Source: Azolla caroliniana (lineage: Eukaryota; Plantae; Polypodiophyta). Taken from it: a stretch of 12,936 bases of DNA. Of this stretch, positions 7,285 through 12,936 are shown in pieces. Location: contig JBHGNT010001013.1 of NCBI GenBank assembly GCA_043228905.1, positions 1-12,936 of the forward strand. Reading direction: 5' to 3'. The position numbers were made by a program, and so were the translations under genes. The notes beneath the pieces are model-generated. The model searched no databases and had not been told where the DNA came from. It saw nothing but the letters and a program-made list of their open reading frames with translations. How positions within the stretch are numbered: the first letter of the stretch is position 1; the number at the start of each line of letters is the position of its first letter.

Positions 7285-8152
7285 TCAATCCTTGTCTAAA
7301 TTGTCCAAAATGCCCTGATCGAGGGGCTCTAAGGGTTCTTCGGAAGGCTGATCGGACTGCTGCTGCTGTTGCTACTCCATTAGTTGTGGCCGTTGCTCCG
7401 GCTGCTGCGCGGTCGACGGCTCTTCTGGGCGTTGCTCCTCCTATAGCTGCTGTGTGGTCGCCGGCTCTTTTGGGTGTTGCTCCTCCGATAACTGCTCACC
7501 GGTTCTCGATGTCGACAGTTGTTGCGGACATTCCTCCCTTGGCTGCTTTTCCTGAGTTAAATCTGGTTGGCTTGTCCTAGCCTGGTCTTTGTCCGTCCTT
7601 TGCTTCGACGATGGCTCTTCATCACTGAGATTGATTGTTGCCGTGCTCTTCGTCGCCTCTTGCCGTAGCCTCTCCTTTTCGTAACTTTCAAACTGGATTT
7701 GGTTATCCAGCCGATCATCGTCTAGTTGTGCCACTAGTTGCCGGACCACCGTTATCTACTCATCAGCCAACGCTATGAAGTCCTCCGCCAATTCATCTTT
7801 CACGACAACAAAGTCTTCCTTTTCCAGTTTATCAAACTCATCGCCTTCTTTTTGCCAGTTTTCCGCGTCTGCCCTCAGCAATTGTAGCTCGACAACATGT
7901 TTCGCCCATTTTGACCACCATAATGTTGAGCTGTCTTCAATCAAGCGCTTCGTTCGATTCTTTCATGCATGTCCAATGCACTGGATCCGCTCCAACCCCA
8001 TCTTTGATTTGTCTTCTACGGCCTGCCGTTCATCTTTCAATTGTTTGATCAGGTTGGTAGTTACCACCTCCTGGTCCTTGTAGCGCACCAATTGATTCTA
8101 ATAGGTTGGTTGTGTCGAATACATGTGTATAATGGACGTATTCACACTATCC
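7285..8152 (-). pseudogene. ORF X: decayed acidic/coiled-coil reading frame of unknown identity, possibly a retroelement accessory ORF
   Basis: ORFs 7756-7944 and 7441-7749 share a frame that extends from 8152 to 7285 with isolated stops at 8098, 7963, 7756, 7441 and 7372. E/K/Q/D-rich. Truncated by LTR E. Confidence 0.6.
7401..7490. repeat. 45-bp tandem duplication (15 codons) within ORF X
   Basis: 7401-7445 versus 7446-7490, 39/45 identical. Encodes LSEEQHPKEPATTQQ and L*EEQRPEEPSTAQQ on the minus strand. Confidence 0.85.
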
Positions 8153-8395
8153 TGTTTTGGCCATTTATGTAATTAGCATAAAGGGTAGTTGCCCTAAGTC
8201 GGTCACTATATATAGTGACCTTGTAACCTTTTAGTAAGGTTGGGTGTTGTATTATTGCTTTGTGATAAAGAGTCTTTTGTGTGTCTCTCTCTCTCTCTCT
8301 CTCTCTGTGCAACAACATAGAAACTGTCATACACAGGTACTCAACAGCAATCGAATGCTCCTTGATCTTCCGCAAAGACGACTTTGTCTCCAACA
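8153..8395 (+). repeat. 5' LTR of element E (~243 bp)
   Basis: TGTT...AACA termini, CTATATATAG near 8206-8215, (TC)11 at 8284-8305. The right end is fixed by the PBS; the left end is less certain. Confidence 0.75.
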
Positions 8396-8397
8396 TC

Positions 8398-8410
8398 TGG
8401 TATCAGAGCC
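8398..8410 (+). promoter_or_regulatory. Primer-binding site, initiator tRNA-Met
   Basis: TGGTATCAGAGCC, 2 nt after the LTR-terminal CA. Confidence 0.95.
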
Positions 8411-9088
8411 TGCACAGTAGTCGGTCCTTCAATCCGCTGTCGGCCGTCGTCTCAGCATTCGGTTTCCTGCGTCATTCGAAAAAGAGAGAAGAAGAACAAA
8501 AGAAAAACGAGGTTTTGCACCTCATCGCGTTAGATCCTCTTCCTTGGAGTAAGCCATCAGGTTGTACTCTGTTCCTTGTGATCGTAACTGCTCGAGGTGA
8601 AATCCCCTTGTGTATCATTGACACGATCGTGCTCCATTCGGTTAAACGGCATCCGAAGTAGTCAACAAACGCTGCTCGCCGCTCGTTGTAACCACTCGGT
8701 GCAGATCGGTCTCAAGACAACAACCCCAATTCGTGCTTCATCCGGCTGATCGACATTCGAGAGGATCAGTTGGATCTGTCTCTCTCGTCGCTGCAGCCAC
8801 CCGAAGCAGAATCGGTCCAGATAATCGGTTTCAATAATCGGTATTCGGCATATATATCCGAAGCGAACCGGGCTCACTCCGACTCGGCAACATCCGGGAA
8901 GACCAGTCGGTTCTGTCCCTCAACCTACCGGAGTCAATTCGAGCAAGTTCAACAAATACATATATCCGAAGCCGAACCGACTCGGGTTCAAATCCGACTA
9001 GAACGATATCGGGTGAGCCAACCGGCTGCACTCCTTCAAGGTTCGTAGTCAACTCCGAACCGAGCTCCGCCAACCGAAACCAAATTTG

Positions 9089-12000
9089 ATGGCATCAACA
9101 TCCGGCTCGTCAGAAATGAGTCTACGAAAGTTCGATGGATCGAACTTTAACTTCTGGAAGGAGCAAATGCAGGACTATCTCATAGTCAAGGGGCAAATCG
9201 ATCCCATCGAAAATGAAGAACCTCCAGAAGGATACAAACCAATTGAGTGGCAGAAGCTGGACAGAATCGTCCGCGCCACGATTCGGATGCACCTATCGGA
9301 ATCGGTATACTTTACGGTGCAATCGTGTACGACAACATTCGAACTGTGGAAAACACTGTCGGACACTTACGAAAAGAAGGTCGCCGCAACGAAGATGTTT
9401 CTGATCCGGCGCCTCTACAACTTGCGGATGAAAGAATCCGATTCGGTTCAAGCACACCTCAATGAGTACGAAAGCATAAGCTCCCAAATCTCGTCACAGG
9501 GGACGGCAATCGAGGATGAACTCAGAGCAATGATACTCATGAGCAGCCTTCCCTCTTCATGGGAAACTTTCGTCACAACCGTGTGCAACGCGTCAACCAC
9601 GGCTGTCAAATACTCCGAAGTCACGAGCGCAATTCTGACCGAAGCAGCTCGGAGAAAGTCTTTTGCCAAAGACTCAACAGACGACGCTTACGTAGTACAA
9701 GGTTCGACAGACCGATCGAACATACGAGGAAGAGATTCCTCACGACCGCCGAACAATCAGCGAAGACGGAGCCAGTCACGGGATAACCGAATCTGCAACT
9801 ACTGCAAGAAACCCGGACACATCAAAGCCGACTGCCGCGCACTCAAGAACAAGAACAACAAGAAGAGTGGCCGGCATGAGGAGATCAATTACGTCAGCTT
9901 CTCAGCTGATGTGCTACCAGACGACCCGAATATACTATCAATCGAAAATCCAGTCGGATCAGAAGTTCTACTCACGACTGAAGAATCGAGCACATGGCTC
10001 TTAGATTCGGGCGCGTCATTTCACGTGACTCCTCATCGATCCCAATTTCGGCAATATACGATCCGTCACTCCGACTCAGTTCGAGTCGGCAACTCACAAC
10101 ACTGTGACATCATCGGAATCGGCACAGTAGAGCTCAACCTTGCAGGTGGCTCTACACTTGTACTCCACAATGTCCGACATGTACCCGAGCTCTCAAGGCC
10201 ATTGATCTCAGTCGGACAACTAGATGAAGACGGCATTCGTGCCGGTTTTTCTTCGGGAGGGTGGACACTCCACAGGGGGAACCTCCTGCTTGCTAGAGGA
10301 CCCAAGATACACTCCCTGTATCCGTTACATGTTACGCTCAGAGAGGGTAACCTGTTTTTGGTGGATATTCCTGTGTCATCACTATGGCACCGAAGATTAG
10401 GACACCTCAGCAAGGCCGGCATCACGCACCTATCTAGAGCCGGATACATCCCCAAACTCTCCTTCTCCGACCATCAATTCTGCGAGCATTGCCAGTATGG
10501 CAAACAAGTAGCCGCATCACACCCGACATCAGCACGAAGAGAAACGAGACCTCTTGATTTAGTCCATTCGGACGTCTGTGGCCCAATGCCGCATCAGTCT
10601 CTAGGCGGTGCCTCTTACTTCGTCAGTTTTATTGACGATTCGACTCGAAAGGTGTGGGCTTATCCAATTCGCACCAAAGATCGGGTCTTCTCGATCTTCA
10701 CCGATTGGCTCGCTATGGTCGAAAATCAAACCGACCGAACGCTGAAATGCCTTCGGACAGACAATGGGGGAGAGTTCAAATCCGACGAATTCGTCAAATT
10801 CTGCCGACAACGCGGCATCCGACGTGAATTTACGGCACCACACAGCCCGGAGCAAAACGGGAATGCCGAACGAATGAATCGGACAATCCAAGAAAGGATA
10901 GTTTCCATGCTCCAACACTCCGGACTGTCGGATGGCTTCTGGGCAGAGGCTCTACTCACGGCAGTACACATAATCAATATGTCGCCAAGTAGACCTCTAG
11001 GACTTCAAATTCCTCAGGAACTATGGATCGGCAGTAAGCCGAATTACGACAAGCTGAGGATCTTCGGATGCGAGGCGTACGCACTCATTCCGAAAGATGA
11101 TCGCCGAAAACTTGCACCTCGGTCCAGGAAATGCATTTTCCTTGGATATGGATCAGACGGCGAAATGGGATACCGACTCTGGGACCCCGAACGCAGACAA
11201 ATCGTTCGAAGTTAGGACGTTGTGTTCAACGAGTCGGCTATGAATCCATCAGTCGAAAAAACGATCGAAGTCCGAAGGGTAACATTTTCCGATGTGCCGA
11301 CCCTTCAAGAAGGGCCCGCTCTTAACACACGGTCAGCTTCACGGGTAGCTGAACCTTACACTCCCAACTCGGACAGCTCCGACTCGGCACAGCCGAATGA
11401 TTCGCTTTCGGACCATCCGACCTCGATACACGATGCGACCAGTCCAATCATACCTCGACGATCCGAGAGACTGTCGCAACCTCCGGAGAGGTATTCTCCT
11501 GGAATTTTCTTCACCGACGCCGGCGAACCGACGTCTTACGAAGAAGCATCGACATCTGTCGATTCAGCCACCTGGCATCTGGCGTAGGAGTCGGAAATGC
11601 ACTCCATCCGGGCAAACAAGACTTGGGATCTGGTCGAATTACCTAGGAACCGACGTGCTCTTCCTTGCAAGTGGGTTTATCGACTAAAAGAGATGTCTGA
11701 TTCGACCACCCCAAAGTACAAGGCCAGATTAGTTGCGAAGGGCTTCCGACAAGAATATGGCGTCGACTTCGACGAGATTTTTTCACCAGTGGTGAAAATG
11801 ACAACCCTTCGTTTTCTGCTCGGCGTAGTGGCAGCCGACAACTTGGAGCTGATTCAGCTAGATGTCAAAACAGCCTTCCTCCATGGTGATCTTGACGAGG
11901 AAATTTATATGGAACAGCCAAAAGGCTTCGTGGCGACTGGCCAAGAACATCTAGTCTGCCGACTCAGGAAGAGTCTATAAGGCCTCAAACAGGCACCGCG

Positions 12001-12936
12001 ACAATGGTACAAGAAGTTCGACGACTTCATCCAATCGATCGGCTTCTCAAAAAGCGATGAGGACAATTGTCTCTTCACCAACACAGCTCAAGATGGATCA
12101 CCCATCTTCCTCATCATTTACGTGGACGACATGCTAATTTCTGGACGCCACGCGGGCGAACTTGCCGATCTCATTCGGCAACTGCGGTTGAAGTTTGCCA
12201 TGAAGGACCTCGGTCCGGCACGACACATACTCGGCATGAAGATTAGTCGGCATCGCGATAAACGACATCTTTTTTTGTCTCAGACCGACTATATCCGACG
12301 TGTCTTGGAACGCTTCAACATGCAATCAGCCAAATCTGCTTCAACCCCGCTCCCAATGAATCTTCGGCTCTCTCAGCGAGACTGCCCGACATCCGGTCCG
12401 GAGGGGGAAGATATGAAGTCGGTACTGTATGCACCGGCAGTCGGCTCCCTTATGTACCTGATGGTCGCGACACGGCCTGATATTTCTCACGCCGTAGGAG
12501 TCGTTAGCAGATTTATGCACAATCCTGGCCGATCGCATTGGAACGCAGTCAAGCATGTGTTCAGATATCTGGCTGGCACAAAAGACCACGGCATTCTTTT
12601 CGGTCCGAACCGAACCTCAGGCGTAGTCGGTTACACCGACTCGGACTTCGCCGGCTGTATAGACAGTCGGAAATCAACAACCGGATACTGCTTCAAATTC
12701 GGCAATGGAGCAATCTCGTGGAAGTCGAAACTTCAGGAGTGCACAGCGACCTCAACGACCGAAGCAGAATATGTAGCTGCGTCCGACACAGCAAAAGAAG
12801 CTTTGTGGCTCGGTCGGCTGGCGCACACGTTTCGACAAGTCGACCATGACTCGGCTCCAGTTGTCTACAGCGACAGTCAAGGTGCTGTTGCCTTGTCGAA
12901 AAATCCGGTTCACCACAACGCCTCCAAACATATCGA
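9089..12936 (+). pseudogene. gag-pol: Copia gag-pol polyprotein with three premature stops
   Basis: KFDGSNFNFWK, CNYCKKPGHIKADC, WLLDSGASFH, HRRLGH..CEHC, integrase D,D35E (HSDVCGP, RTDNGGEF, NGNAERMN), KARLVAKG, LDVKTAFL, YVDD, and RNase H (DSDFAG, TEAEY, SDSQG). Single frame with stops at 11213, 11585 and 11978. Confidence 0.96.

Larger units (their letters stand above)
8153..12936 (+). mobile_element. Element E: Ty1/Copia LTR retrotransposon (Tnt1/Tork-like), runs off the right edge
   Basis: Short LTR, tRNA-iMet PBS, and GAG-PR-INT-RT-RH domain order. Confidence 0.96.

Noticed and set aside
7233-8083. Plus-strand ORFs 7233-7580 and 7775-8083
   Set aside because: Ala/Val- or Ser/Phe-rich antisense shadows of the minus-strand frame X.
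8142-9073. ORFs across LTR E and its leader, and a short repeat ATATATCCGAAGC at 8852 and 8960
   Set aside because: The ORFs cross the LTR, microsatellite and PBS and have no domains. The 13-bp repeat is ordinary leader duplication.
11213-11980. Programmed stop-codon readthrough in Copia pol
   Set aside because: The stops fall within normally conserved motifs (S*DVVFNE, LA*ESEM, KSL*GLKQ), which indicates mutation rather than recoding.
9175-12849. Short alternative-frame and antisense ORFs within the Copia polyprotein
   Set aside because: Expected by-products of a long coding frame, with no independent signals.

Overview
The window is eukaryotic, plant-like DNA made almost entirely of nested and decayed LTR retrotransposons; I see no host gene. 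Element A (1-1285, minus strand) comprises a 5' LTR, a tRNA-Arg-like PBS and a leader, and sits inside the LTR of element B. Element B (plus strand) is a Gypsy-type element with a tRNA-Trp PBS, found in two pieces: 1286-2379 and 5741-~6768. Element C (2380-5740) is a Tf1/sushi/Tcn1-like chromovirus inserted in B's gag and 3'-truncated. Next come a minus-strand LTR (D, ~6769-7166) and a decayed coiled-coil ORF of unknown identity (X, 7285-8152). Element E is a Ty1/Copia running from 8153 off the right edge. The most informative signals are in C: a tRNA-independent self-priming PBS, a -1 frameshift heptamer with a pseudoknot, an array of heat-shock elements, and a tRNA-like relic in U3. The mix of families suggests a non-seed plant such as a moss, but that is inference. 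Family assignments come from motif recognition, not database searches.
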